This document shows positions 27,255-39,294 of a DNA stretch of 64,000 nucleotides, piece by piece. The position numbers and the translations under genes were made by a program. Source of the stretch: Stegostoma tigrinum (lineage: Eukaryota); assembly GCF_030684315.1 (NCBI RefSeq), contig NC_081390.1, positions 21,641,291 to 21,705,290 of the forward strand. Direction: 5' to 3'. The first letter of the stretch is position 1, and each line of letters begins with the position of its first letter. A model generated the notes under the pieces. The model did no database searches. It was not told the DNA's origin and was given only the letters and a program-made list of their open reading frames with translations.

Positions 27255-27930
27255 TTACAGTCATCTAGCACCGAGAGACCCTTTAGTCCAACTTATCCAT
27301 GCTGACCAAGTTGCCCAAACTAAATTAATCCCGTTTGCCTGCGTTTGCCCCTTTGAAATGTTTCCCATTTGTGCACCTGTCTTGTAAATTTGTAACTCTA
27401 CCTGATGTTCATTCCACATATGAACGATCCTCTGTGTGAAAATATTGTTCCTCAAGTCCCTTCTAAATTTTTCTCCTCTCACCTCAAATACATGCCCTCT
27501 ACTTTTGAATTCCCCAAACCTAGGTAAAAGACATTTGCTATTCATCTTACTCATCTCAATTTTATAAACCTCTGTAAGGTCACCCCTCAAACTTCTACAC
27601 TCCAGTGAAAGAAATGCCAGCCTCTCTGGCCTCTCCTTAAACACAAACCCTCCAGTCCTGGCAATATCCTGATAATCTTTTCAGTCCCTCTCCAGCCTAA
27701 TATACTTCCTACAGCAGGGTGACCAGAATTAGCCACAGTACTCCAAAAGAGGCCTCACCAACAATCTGTACAACCATACTAGGATGTCTTAATTCCTACA
27801 GTCAATGATCTGAGTATTGAAGGCAAGTATGCTAAGCACCTTCTTAACCAACCTGTCTACGTGTGGCATAACTTTCAAAGAACAATGTGCAGAAAACCCT
27901 GGATCTCTCAGTTTGCCAACACTACCCAGC
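27255..27930 (-). mobile_element. CR1-type LINE 3' fragment in intron of the SLC35D-like gene
   Basis: ORF 27261-27644: LRGDLTEVYKI...SRGH...FTQRIVHMWN. Confidence 0.85.
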
Positions 27931-28980
27931 AGATTCAGACATGTGGCTATCTCTGTAAGTAAGATGTGCTTCTTAGGGACCTCCTTGGGTTCAAGGATGA
28001 CTTAGTTCCACTGAAAATCAATGGGTTCTGAGCTGGCCAGTAAGTCCAACGCATCATCCGCAGACTCTGCCACACCTGGGGCAGCTGGCGCTTGCCAGCT
28101 TGGGTTGTGTGCTTCTTTCAAAGACCCCAACCTCACCTCTGCACATTCTCTCAGTGTGCTTGCTGCCTCCTGAATGAGCCTGGTCTATTTATGTTGGTCA
28201 CACATCAGTGCAGCCAAGGAACTGGGGGTAACATTCGATTTCTTCAGTGCTGTCTTCAGAACATCCCAAAAGTGCTGCTGCTATCCTCCTAGGAGTTTCC
28301 TGCCACAAGCCAGCCCCTGGATAGAGCAACCCATTCTCAGCACCATATAGCACTACTTACACAATTGGCACACAAACATGTGAAGGCGTGTAAGAGCCAG
28401 GAGCCCTGTCACTGGCTTCTCTGGTCATGGTACAGAGGAACCTCACACACCACCACGAATTATTTTCACCACATTGCCTCCAGCAGGTTGAAGAAATCTT
28501 CCCAAAGGCATTAGGCGATGGGGCAATAAACTCTGGCCTTGCCAAAGACTCCAAATCATAGCAGTGGGTAAAAGGAAAGCTAAAAGCCAAAACAAAATAA
28601 AGCTGCCACCAACATCAAGATACAAGCAGGGACGTTCTTCCCGGACTGTAAAAGATGATGAAGGCATGAATCTACCAACCATTGTAAAAAAAAAGCTTGA
28701 CCTATTTATCCCCATTAACCCATTATTAGGTCAATAGAAGTCCCACGATAACGACCAGAGGGTAAAAATTCAGGACTATGGAGTAAAAAGCAAGGCAGTA
28801 GAATTAATCCGGACACCCTATCGAAAAGCCGGAGCAGGTATAGCAGGCAGCATGTGCTTTACAGTTTGGTGATACTCTATTAAGGAGGAGGGATATAGAA
28901 TTCAGTCCCAATTCTTATCAGTAATGACAGCAGAGATGAAACTACAGGTCACAGAATGCAGTTCCCCTGGCTCTCCTAAC

Positions 28981-29154
28981 CTGGCAGAGGGCGATGAAAG
29001 CAGGGAAGCTGAAGCGGTACTGGTTGACGAAGACACCATTGAAGAACTCGGAGCAGCCGGAGCACAAGGTGTAAACAGCCCAGGGGCCCAACAACCAACA
29101 GCCGCACAGGAGCCAGCTGCCAGCAGAGTTCTGTACAGGGACTGCCGCTACCAT
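28981..29154 (-). CDS. Divergent SLC35D-family (SLC35D3-like) nucleotide-sugar transporter, coding exon 1
   Basis: ttccccag|G ATG GTA GCG...TGC CAG|gttagg; MVAAVPVQNSAGSWLLCGCWLLGPWAVYTLCSGCSEFFNGVFVNQYRFSFPAFIALCQ resembles SLC35D TM1-TM2 (Y..CS...N...YRF....Q); 174 nt, phase 0. Confidence 0.8.
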
Positions 29155-30261
29155 CCTGGGGAAGACCAATTGGTGTGCAATTAAAAATTAACTTCAAACT
29201 CATTTATAATGCAGCAGCAAAGCGGCAGCCTGCACTATCCGCACAGAACTTTAACCCCACTGCAGTCAACAATCTACAGGATACCGATCAACACTTGATA
29301 AGAAATAAGAAAAAATGCTCAAAAGTACCCAATTCTGTCAAAACCAATTAACACCGAGTGTGGTCTTGTCACAAAGCTATAAATACTTGAAAGAAAGGGG
29401 AAGAATTTAATTTTATATCGTGCCTTTAACAACTTCAGTAGGTCACAATTTGTCTATCCTTTTGGCCGTTTCTACATGACATCAGTAACCACATTTTGTT
29501 TGGTGTGAAGCACTTAGTAATACACAAATGCAGGCTCATGCTTGGTTCAGATGCTGACGAGTCTGCTTTGTACATGCAGAACCTTCTTAATTTCCATGGG
29601 GGAATGTGGCATTGATAGGCCTGTAGTAAAAATGAGTTTGGATTGTAATTTAACTATCACTTTATATTGTTTTCATAAGCTGGAGAGTTTAATAACAAAA
29701 TTCAATACTTTTAGCATAAGATATAGATAACTTGGTTCAGTTGAATCTCTTAATGAATATAAAGAGTGTAGGAGCACTCTTAAGAAAGAAATCCAGAAGG
29801 CAAAGAGGAGATATTAAATATCATTGGCAGATAAGGTTAGGGATAATCCAAAGAGATTCTACAAATACATTAAGAGCAAGAGGATAACTAGAGAGAGGTT
29901 TAGGCCCCGGATCAAGGGCAGCTCTGGACAGTGGTTTCCAGAGCTGGTGGCCATAGAGATCCACAGGTCAATCTGACTGCAGGACAGACCTGTGTTAGAT
30001 ATATTGGAGAGTCTGAATAAAGTCAGTATTAAGCCATGCTTCAAGTCAATCTCCTTGGACTTCTTAAGCTTATCCAGAGTTTATTATTGAGGCTGTAATT
30101 AATAGGGCAGAACTCCACTATGTTTGGGCGAACATGAAATAATAAAAAAACTGCATTAAAACATGTAGCCCATTTGGTGGCGTCTGTGGAGAAAGCAAAA
30201 CAGTTAATGTTTCAAGTTGATAATCTTTCTTCAGAGCTGGAAGTACCTAAAGATTTATACA

Positions 30262-30472
30262 GAGATAACGGGAACTGCAGATGCTAGAGAATTCAAGATA
30301 ACCAAGCGTGAAGCTGGATGAACACAGCAGGCCAAGCAGCATCTCAGGAGCACAAAAGCTGACGTTTCGGGCCTAGACCCTTCATCAGAGAGGGCCCGAA
30401 ACGTCAGCTTTTGTGCTCCTGAGATGCTGCTTGGTCTGCTGTGTTCATCCAGCTCCACACTTGGTTATCTAG
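30262..30472 (-). mobile_element. Fold-back (palindromic) PLE-derived insertion with hammerhead core and 11-bp TSD
   Basis: Inverted arms (gctggatgaacacagcag...acgtttcgggcc / ggcccgaaacgt...ctgctgtgttcatccagc); TSD agatttataca at 30251-30261 and 30473-30483. Confidence 0.85.
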
Positions 30473-32311
30473 AGATTTATACACCCTTTTTTTCCCCAGC
30501 ATTGAGTTTAATTATAAACAATCTTTACTGACCTGCGAGATAAGCTGTGTTTTTCTTTTCTGATCTTTCCAGATGCTGCCAGAATAATTCTGTGCTTCTG
30601 ACCTTTCCTATTTTAGTTTTCCGATATCTAGTCATTTGTTTTTATTGAGTGCACAGAACTCAAAATAAAATGAAAAGTGCTGGAAATACTCAGCAGATCG
30701 AGCAGCATTGGCATAAAGAAAGAACAAATTAATGTTTCAGTTCAATGAACTTTTGTTATTAGATTAATAGTTTTTACAAAATATGAGACCACGGCAAAAA
30801 GATCAAGGAAAGTGTTTGATAAGGTAGAAGGTAGGAGAGATTAAATTGCACAAATGATGATGAATGTGTGGTAATTAGAGATGATAATGAGACAAGAAAA
30901 CATAAGACAAGTCCACAGGAGCTTTGAAACAAACAAAAACGAATTGCTAGAGAAACTCAGTAGGTCTGGCGGCATCTGCAGAGAGAAAACAGAGTTAACA
31001 TTTTGAGTCCAGTGACTCTGCTTCAGAACTAACAGGTGTAACTGGATACATCAGAATATGCAGAGCTTAGCCTTACCTGGGAGTGTTAAATGATGAGATA
31101 AAAAAATGTGCTGCTTACAAACCACTACAGCGAGATCAACAATTACATTATGGGACACACTTTGGGAACTCCGTTGTAGAAAGGGCACTGGGACCGAAGG
31201 AAATCTGTGAGGTTTTTTTTTAGAAAAATACTTTGATGGATATGATTATCATTGGTACTTTTTGCCCAACTTAATTGGTCATTTCCAAGAACAGTTAATG
31301 GTCTGAATGCTGGTGTGGATCTAAAGTCACATGTAAGCCAGTCTGGGTAAAGATGGCAGATTTCCTTCACAAAATGACATTAGTGAGTCAGGTGTTTCTT
31401 CCCCCATTGATGGGAGTTGATAATAGTTACCATATTACCATTGTTGAGGGTGGCATTCAATTTCAGATTTATTAATCGAATTCTACGTGAAACCTTTAAC
31501 TCCATCAGACCAGGACTCCAGCTCACTCATGGAGTAACTAAATCACCAACTCTTCCATATGTTACTTGGGAAGAAAAAATATGGTTACAATGTGAAGTTT
31601 CACAACGAGATGTAGTGAAAGAAGAACCTAATTGGTGTTTGAAATTCTGAAAGTAATGGACTATGTGAATACTGCAGTGAATGATTATTTACATTGGTTA
31701 GTCAATTGGTAAAGAGGATGCAAAAAGCAGCTTTAAGATTGTGAGATAAGTTCATTGAAACCAAAACTAATTTTCAGCAGTACAATGTAATTTAACTTGG
31801 TATTGGTGATTTATGTTCCATCCAGATTGCAACAATACTGATTATACCACTATAGCTATTGATTTTGGGACTGAAAATCGAAAATTAAAGTCAAATAATG
31901 GCTGTACAGCCTAAGTCATTGAATTGAATAATATCCCATTGCAGTACCAGTGATTTATTATAGATTTGTAGTTGGCTCATCATATTCATGCCAAAGCTTT
32001 GCAAGAGCAACTTAGCCAGTCCCACTCTGCTGCCCTTTCCCTGTTGCTTTGCCATTGGCTTTCTCTTCAGGTAACTATCTGGTTCCCTTTGTGATTATGT
32101 CTTCCTCCACCAGAATCTCAGGCACTGCCTTCCTGCTCATAACCACTCACTGCACAAGATCACAATATACTGAAGCAGAAGCAGGCCATTTGCATCTGCT
32201 CTGCCATTCCATGAGGTCATAATTGATCTGATAATCTTCAATTCTGCCTTTCCTACCTTAGCCCCATAACTTTGGATTTCCCTGTGGATTAAACAAGCTA
32301 TTCCCTTCGTT

Positions 32312-32537
32312 AACAAAAGTGTGGAGCTGGATGAACACAGCAGGCCAAGCAGCATCTCAGGAGCACAAAAGCTGACATTTCGGGCCTAGACCCTAGAATA
32401 GGAGAAGGGTCTAGGCCCGAAACGTCAGCTTTTGTGCTCCTGAGATGCTGCTTGGCCTGCTGTGTTCATCCAGCTCAATAGTTTTGTTATCTTGGATTCT
32501 CCAACATCTGCAGTTCCCATTATCACTGATACAATTT
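32312..32537 (+). mobile_element. Fold-back PLE-derived insertion with TSD
   Basis: Same family as 30262; TSD tattcccttc(g/a)tt at 32299-32311 and 32538-32550. Confidence 0.85.
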
Positions 32538-32669
32538 TATTCCCTTCATTACTGTTGCTTATTTTCCCAATGGTTTTAGATCAGTATCCTCTGGTTATTC
32601 ATATTTCTGTGTCCCCATATTCTTTGTCCAGTGCCCTCAAGATTAAATATATTATAACATTTCAAGCCA

Positions 32670-32874
32670 GGCAACATCAGAAGAGCACAAAAGTTGACAT
32701 TTCGGGTTGGGACCCTTCTTCAAAAATTTCTGAAATGTCAACATTTCTGAAGAAGGGTCCTGATCTGAAATGTCAACTCTCCTGCCCCTCTGATGCTGCC
32801 TGGCCTGCTGTGTTCCTCCAGCTGCACACTGTTATCTCAGGCTCCAGCATCTTCAGTTCTTACTATCTCTGATT
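32670..32874 (+). mobile_element. Fold-back PLE-derived insertion with 13-bp TSD
   Basis: TSD acatttcaagcca at 32657-32669 and 32875-32887; CTGAAGA..GAAATGTC at 32747-32774. Confidence 0.8.
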
Positions 32875-33175
32875 ACATTTCAAGCCACTGTCTTTTGTTT
32901 TCGGCATCTTTCATATTTTCTATTTATATCCACTTCCTTGTAAAGTACTTAAAGCTATACATGAGAAGCACGATAGGAATGTGAGCGAAGGCCAAAATTG
33001 CTGGAGAAATTCAGCAAGTCTGGCAGCATCTGTGGAGAGAAAGCAGAGTTAACATTTAGAGTCCAGTAATCTTTTTTTCAGATCTTCAGCATCCACAGTT
33101 CTTTGCGTAATTGTAGGAGTATAAGCTGTCGATATTCTCATGGCAGTGGTAAAAAAAATCAAATTTTAACTTAAA

Positions 33176-34272
33176 TGGAAATCTGAAACAAAAACTGAAA
33201 GTGCTGGAGAGGTCTGGCAGCGTGCGTGGAGAGAAAGAAGAGTTAACGTTTGAAGTCCAGTGACCCTTCTTCACAACCAATGACAGTCAGGAAACAAGTT
33301 ATCTGACACTTTTGAGGGATCTTGGCCAATCGAGGCTTTGCTTCCTTCTATGCAGTCACTTCTTCCTGTAGTGTCCAAGCTGCTGAAACAACGAGCTTTT
33401 GCTTCACAGTTAAGCTCACTGGAGTAGACTGCAGTTTGATATTTGGAAGGCTTTACAAAATGGGGTAATTGGCCCAAATGCAAAGCAGGCTGTTGCCTGC
33501 AGGTGAGAAAATGGGCAGGTGATCCCAGTCAGTAATCACAAACATCTCTAAGTCACAATGAATCTGCATGGTCAACTTTACAATGCTTTGCACATAATTA
33601 AATCACTGCCTGTGTATCACAGAATCGTTATGGCGCAGACGGAAGCCATTCTGTCCACTGACATACCCTAGCTCTATTACTCCTTGCTAAACTCTTGCCT
33701 TTCCCAAAAAGCCTGCACACCATTTCTAACAAAATGATCATTAAGTACCCTTTTGGAATGCCTCAATTGAACCTGCCTCCACTATATTTCCAGGCAGTGC
33801 ACTGCAGACCGTAATGCCTGGCTGTGCAAAATTACCTTATCTCAGAGTACTCGCAAGTGCAATATGGGGACCATAGGCATACATCGGTGCAGCTGTCTAT
33901 ACAAACAAACGTGGAAAAAACAGCAGGGACTGTATGGTGAGATCCTTCGTTTGCAGCTTCTTGCACAGCGGTAGCAGCCTAGAGAAACAGCACTTTGTAA
34001 GCTCCTGCCAGGTCCTCAAATTGCAGTCTACTCCAGTGAGCTTAACTGTAAAGCAAAAGCTCGTTGTTTCAGCTGCTTGGCCACTACAGGAAGAAGTGAC
34101 TGCATAGAAGGAAGCGAAGCCTCGATTGGCCAAGATCCCTCAAAAGTGTCAGATGTCTTGTTTCCTGACTGTTGTGAAGAAGGGTCACTGGACTTCAAAC
34201 GTTAACTCTACTTTCTGTCCACGCATGCTGCCAGACTTCTCCAGCACTTTCAGTTTTTGTTTCAGATTTCCA
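33176..34272. repeat. Long inverted repeat: arms 33176-33439 and 34016-34272, 576-bp spacer
   Basis: Arms are reverse complements over ~260 bp with few mismatches (e.g. cttggccaatcgaggct / agcctcgattggccaag; ggagtagactgca / tgcagtctactcc). Confidence 0.93.
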
Positions 34273-37147
34273 ACATCTGCAGTTCTCTGTTATTCCTGGA
34301 TTACTGTTTCTGTGACAATACGACTACGGCACTGTCTTCCAAATATTTTTAGGCACACCCTTGGAATATATCAGCTAATGCTATTAATGCCTAGAAATGT
34401 ATCAAATTTGTGAGAATCCCCTGAGGGTAGTTATTGAGGAGCAGGGGATGGGAGACATTAGATCCCCAGGACTATCGATACACGCAGGAGCATATATCTG
34501 CACAGAATAGTTTAGAGTTTGAGGTGATATTGCAATGAAAGAAAAATGACACTGCAGCTATACAGCACCTTCCAGATCCTCAGGACTTTCCAAAGTATTT
34601 CTACAGCCAAAGGAATAAATTTTTTGACATGCAGTCACTGTTGTTACTTTGGCAAACCATGAGTGAAACATGATTTGTGTTGATTACTCCAGAAACTGGG
34701 TGAATTGCCATCTGCGGTTTCTAAACAACATCACTCTTAAGGACTGATTTGTTGACATGTTCCTAGAGTGCAGCCTCACTTCTCAAGAATGTCATTAAGG
34801 AATTTCGGGGATTTATGCAAAAATTGACAAAATATTTCACGTGATTTCCCGACACGTAGAGTGTCTCAAATCTGGCTCTTCAAAAACCAGATAAAGTCAA
34901 AATACCGCAGATGGTGGAAATCTGAAAAAAAAATAGAAAATGCCGTAGAAGCTCAGCAGGTCTGGCAGCACTTATGGAGAGAAAAACAGAGAGTTAATGC
35001 TTCAAGTTACAGTCATAATACATCCAATGATCTATATAAATAATGGTTAGTAAATGTGTCTTAATAAAGTTTTAAAGTTCAGTATTGAATACAATAGCTT
35101 GTTAAGATGACATTTAAAGTCCTAACTGTTGTTGCATTAAGCAAAATTCGCTGTGTACATAGATCAAAAGGTTTGGCTCCACAGGTTGCTGATTCAAATA
35201 TTGAGATTACAGTCTCTGTCTGGAAAATATTTTAGCTTGAGAAAACAAGAAGTGTTGTTAACATCCATACTGGTAGAGTTTTTAACTGAGTTAAGAAGAA
35301 ATCGCTGCTAGAAAAATAAGGAAAATATCTCATAAAAAGACAAAAACAACAAAAGTAGGTCACTTGCCCCTTCGAGCCTACTCTGCCATTCAATGAGATC
35401 ATGGGCTGATCTAATTCTAACCTCAGCTCTGCACATCCCCAATACTCTTTCACCCCCCCTGGTATCTATCTATCCTAAAAAGTATGTAAAGATTCTGTAT
35501 CCACTGCCTTTTGAGAAAGGCAATTGCAACACTTAGAGAGAAAAAAAATGTTTTCTTATCTGTATCTTAATGGGCAAAACTTACTTTTAAGCAATGAACC
35601 CAAATTCTAGATTCTTCCACAAGAGGAAGCATCTTTTCAACATCCATTCAATCAAGTCCCCACAAGATTGTACATTTCAGTTAAGTGCCCTGCGACTCAT
35701 CTAAACTGTGCTGGCCTAACTTGTATAATCTTTCTTCATTGGCAATCTGCTAGCATTACATAGGACCTTTCTCAACCTACAAATGCCCCACAGCCAATTA
35801 AATACTTTGAAGAGTAATCAGTGCTATAGGTAAGATGCATAAGAATTAAGAGATGCCAGACTGATTTTTCTTTTTTGTTTTCATTTTGCTTCTACTTTTG
35901 TCCATTCTTTGCTTTGTAACTTGCACTCACCAACTTCAATAAAGTTGCTGTTCACTCCATTGGTGTTTTTTTAAAAATTTCAAAAATATATCTAATGAAA
36001 AAAATCTTTATATACATACACAAGCACACAGTCACAAATGCAATTCGGTTCTGTACACCTCGTGCCTCAAATGCATGCAAATACCTTTTGTAAAATTTCA
36101 GTTCACTCCATTGATGCTTTTTCACATCTATTTCTGATCAGAAACATCACCAATTGCTTTACATGTAACAAAGTGTACTGTTTCTCAGTTACTAGTAATC
36201 TTCAGTTGATGTTAAATTTTTTTGTTAGAAGTTTTAAAATAGGAAATCTGACCATCTGATTCTTTTGAGTTAATTTTGAATTCCCTGATTTAAACATATT
36301 TTCAAAATGGCAAAAGTAAAAACTGTTGTCATTTTATTTCAGATCTTTACCACTAATTTGCTGTTTTTTTAAAAAAGTTGTGTCTTTAAGGGGATCATAC
36401 CAAGAGTTTGCTACCTCGCCACCCTTCAAACAAAAACCTGTTTGCTTGACCACAGAATGTTTGATTGATGTAAAACACCAAGCATCCACGTACTTTCCCA
36501 ATTGAAAGAATGGCTGTTAGCTGCATTGTTTGTTGGTTGCATCCCTCTTTTTTTGATCGTTACAATTTGTCTCAAAAGACCAGGGAAGGAGTCTAAATTC
36601 AGGTAGGCCTGTCTGCAAAACTAAATGAGTAAAAACAAAATAGACTGGCCAACTGAAAATATCTTGTAGTGTAAATATTTGAAATTGTTAAGATGATGAA
36701 TCCTAAATAGTTTTCTTCTCACAATTACATGGTGGATCACAACTCAACCAGTTCATACATGTTACATTGTCAATTAAAGGATATGTTGTTTCTCAACCAA
36801 TGGGTACTACTTGTATTGGAGGTCAAATGTGTATGAACAAACAAAGCAATTGTGACATGATGTGGGACTGTGTTGTTCACATTCTAAATTAGAACACCGA
36901 AATATTGAATGTCAGCCTTGCACGATGAAATACTGTTCTGTATAAATGAGTTCATTAATTTACCAAATACTGAAGACTCTACTTAGGTATCGTTTAAACC
37001 TTCAGGGATTACATTTTTCCACGATGTTGGGATCTAGGCTTGCTTTTGAAGTGTGCTTAGTTATTCAAAGAAATCTTTAAATATGCTGATTGCACTAAAT
37101 TGCAAGTACTCCTGTTAATTCTGGTCAAAGTGTGACCTTAAGTATCA

Positions 37148-37325
37148 TTTGCTCAGTTGGCTGGTTTAAGATGCTGAGTGCTGCCAATTTCTGGGTTCCA
37201 CTCCAATACTGCTGGGGGTTACCATGAAGGCCCCATTTCTCAACCTCAGGTTAAACTGATCCATAGTCATGTCTCTCTCTACTGAGAGAGAGCAGCCAAT
37301 GGCCCTCTGGGACTACACAACGATC
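37148..37325 (+). mobile_element. tRNA-derived SINE (second copy, 3' half, at ~25015-25135)
   Basis: gctcagttgg A-box and ggttccactcc B-box; ctcaggttaaa...gtctctct...ggacta shared with 25015-25135. Confidence 0.6.
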
Positions 37326-37984
37326 ACTTAGTTACACTGCATTTCTTGGCAGTCATTATCTTGAAATATTTTAGAAACACTCATCACAAAATGAAGAGGT
37401 TTACTGGCAAATCTAAGTGTTCTTTTTATTGCTTTAAATAGGTTTGCAATTTATTTCCATTGCTTTGAAAAAATATACAATACATTTTAACATGATACCA
37501 AAACTTTTCTTCAGCGAGCTGCCAGAGCCTGTCAGAATAGAGGTCAGGAGATCCTGAGGCTGTGTCAGTGTTTGAGGTTTGAAAATTATCCCTGTAGTTT
37601 GAATTCACCCACAAAGACTGGTGTACACATATTGACCCTTTACAGGGCACACAAAAACTGAAGAAAGCCAGTACCACCTGAGGAAATTGTATTTTCACCT
37701 TGATCCCAGCTCAGCAGTAATCAGACCTCAGCTGGAGCTTTTAATGCATTGAAGTGAATTGTCAAATCCAACACTAGATTTGAAATTTGCATAAGGCCAT
37801 CAACAATGTAATTGTTAATGTATTATCACAAAAATGTAACAACTAATATTTTCTTAAATATTTCAGTGAATTTCAATCTAACTGGAATTAATTGCTTAAG
37901 TTGTACACATTGCTATTCAGTCTATATAGTACAAAAGATGATCAATTCCAACTGTATGTTTTTCAATCATTCACATTTCTAAAT

Positions 37985-38305
37985 CATAGAATCCCTGCAG
38001 GGTGGAAGCGGGCCATTTGGTCCATAGAGTCCACAATGAGCATCCAAAGTTTATTCCACGCAGTCACACCCCCTCCCTATAACCCTGCATTCGCACAGCT
38101 ACACATCCCCGAACATGGGGCAATTCCACCTGGCCATTCCACCTACCCTGCACGTTTGGACCATGGGAGGAAACCAGAGCACCCAGAGGAAACCCACGCA
38201 GACATGAGGACAATGTGCAAACTCCACACAGTCTCCCAAGGCTGGAATTGAACCTAGGTATCTGGCACTGTGAGGCAGCTAACCACTGAGACACCATGAC
38301 ACCCG
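37985..38305 (-). mobile_element. V-SINE (HE1-like)
   Basis: gggaggaaaccagagcacccagaggaaacccacgcagac...tgcaaactccacacag, the reverse of the V-domain. Confidence 0.8.
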
Positions 38306-38529
38306 TAAATACCTGAATTATTACATAATCAAGTAATGCTTGAAGTAGTGAATTGTGGGAAGTGATTTTAACAGTACAATACCCTAATGTTGCCAGCAAT
38401 CATTTGAAACAACCATCCTCAAACTTCAAGAAATTAAAATTGTAAAGCAGAAATTTACATAGATTTTAGCAACATTCCCTTATCTCATTTCAAATTTTAT
38501 ATGTTTCAAAAAAGCACCCATATTCTGCA

Positions 38530-38719
38530 ATAACAAGGTGTAGAGCTGGATGAACACAGCAGGCCAAGCAGCATCAGAGGAGCAGGAAGGCTGAAGCTTC
38601 AGGCCTAGACTAAAACATCAGCCTTTCTGCTCCTCTGATGCTGTTTGACCTGCTGTGTTCATCCAGTTTCACACTTTGTTATCTCAGATTCTCCAGCATC
38701 TGCAGTTCCTACTATCTCT
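38530..38719 (+). mobile_element. Fold-back PLE-derived insertion with 13-bp TSD
   Basis: TSD cccatattctgca at 38517-38529 and 38720-38732; inverted arms. Confidence 0.85.
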
Positions 38720-39105
38720 CCCATATTCTGCAGTCTGATTTGAGGCGGAAACAACAGATACTTATTCAGATTACTTTCTGAGAAAATGCCTGGCTTAAAA
38801 ACTTTTCAATACTAAGATTTCAGGACATGTCGTTTGAAATAAGTGAATTTAAATGATGCTCTGATGATGCCGATTATCTAAATAGGATCCACATCAATAA
38901 TGCCTTTATGCAGTAATCACTGTGATAATCTGTCTCCTGTTATATATAGGAGACAGCTATTCCTTTTTATAAATTGGTATAGAAAAAAGTCTGATACAAT
39001 GAACATTTTTTGGGCTTTACAGCTGCTTCATTAATACCTGACTGTCAGAGCATATAAATCACATGACAAAGAAACAGTATCCATGCATCGAACAAGCCGA
39101 CAAAC

Positions 39106-39294
39106 TCAGGACGGCTGCTGACTTTCGGTCCATTCCTTGATTAGTTGATGTGCTACAGCCCATGGTGGTGGGATCCAGAATGGAACATCTCCCATTTCTT
39201 TCTTGGTGGGTACCCGCTTACGTTTTAAAGCTTCTGTTAGCTCCTTAGCATCAAACCAACGGGCATCCTCAAGCTCCGAATGGTGCAGGTCAAT
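39106..39294 (-). CDS. NUDT13: NUDT13 last coding exon with stop
   Basis: gactag|ATT GAC CTG...TCC TGA; IDLHHSELEDARWF...PFWIPPPWAVAHQLIKEWTESQQPS*. Confidence 0.93.
   Translation of the reverse strand: MDLHHSELEDARWFDAKELTEALKRKRVPTKKEMGDVPFWIPPPWAVAHQLIKEWTESQQPS

Noticed and set aside
28924-29184. + strand 86-aa ORF MTAEMKLQVTEC...
   Set aside because: Antisense shadow of SLC35D-like coding exon 1, which has proper splice sites and family similarity on -
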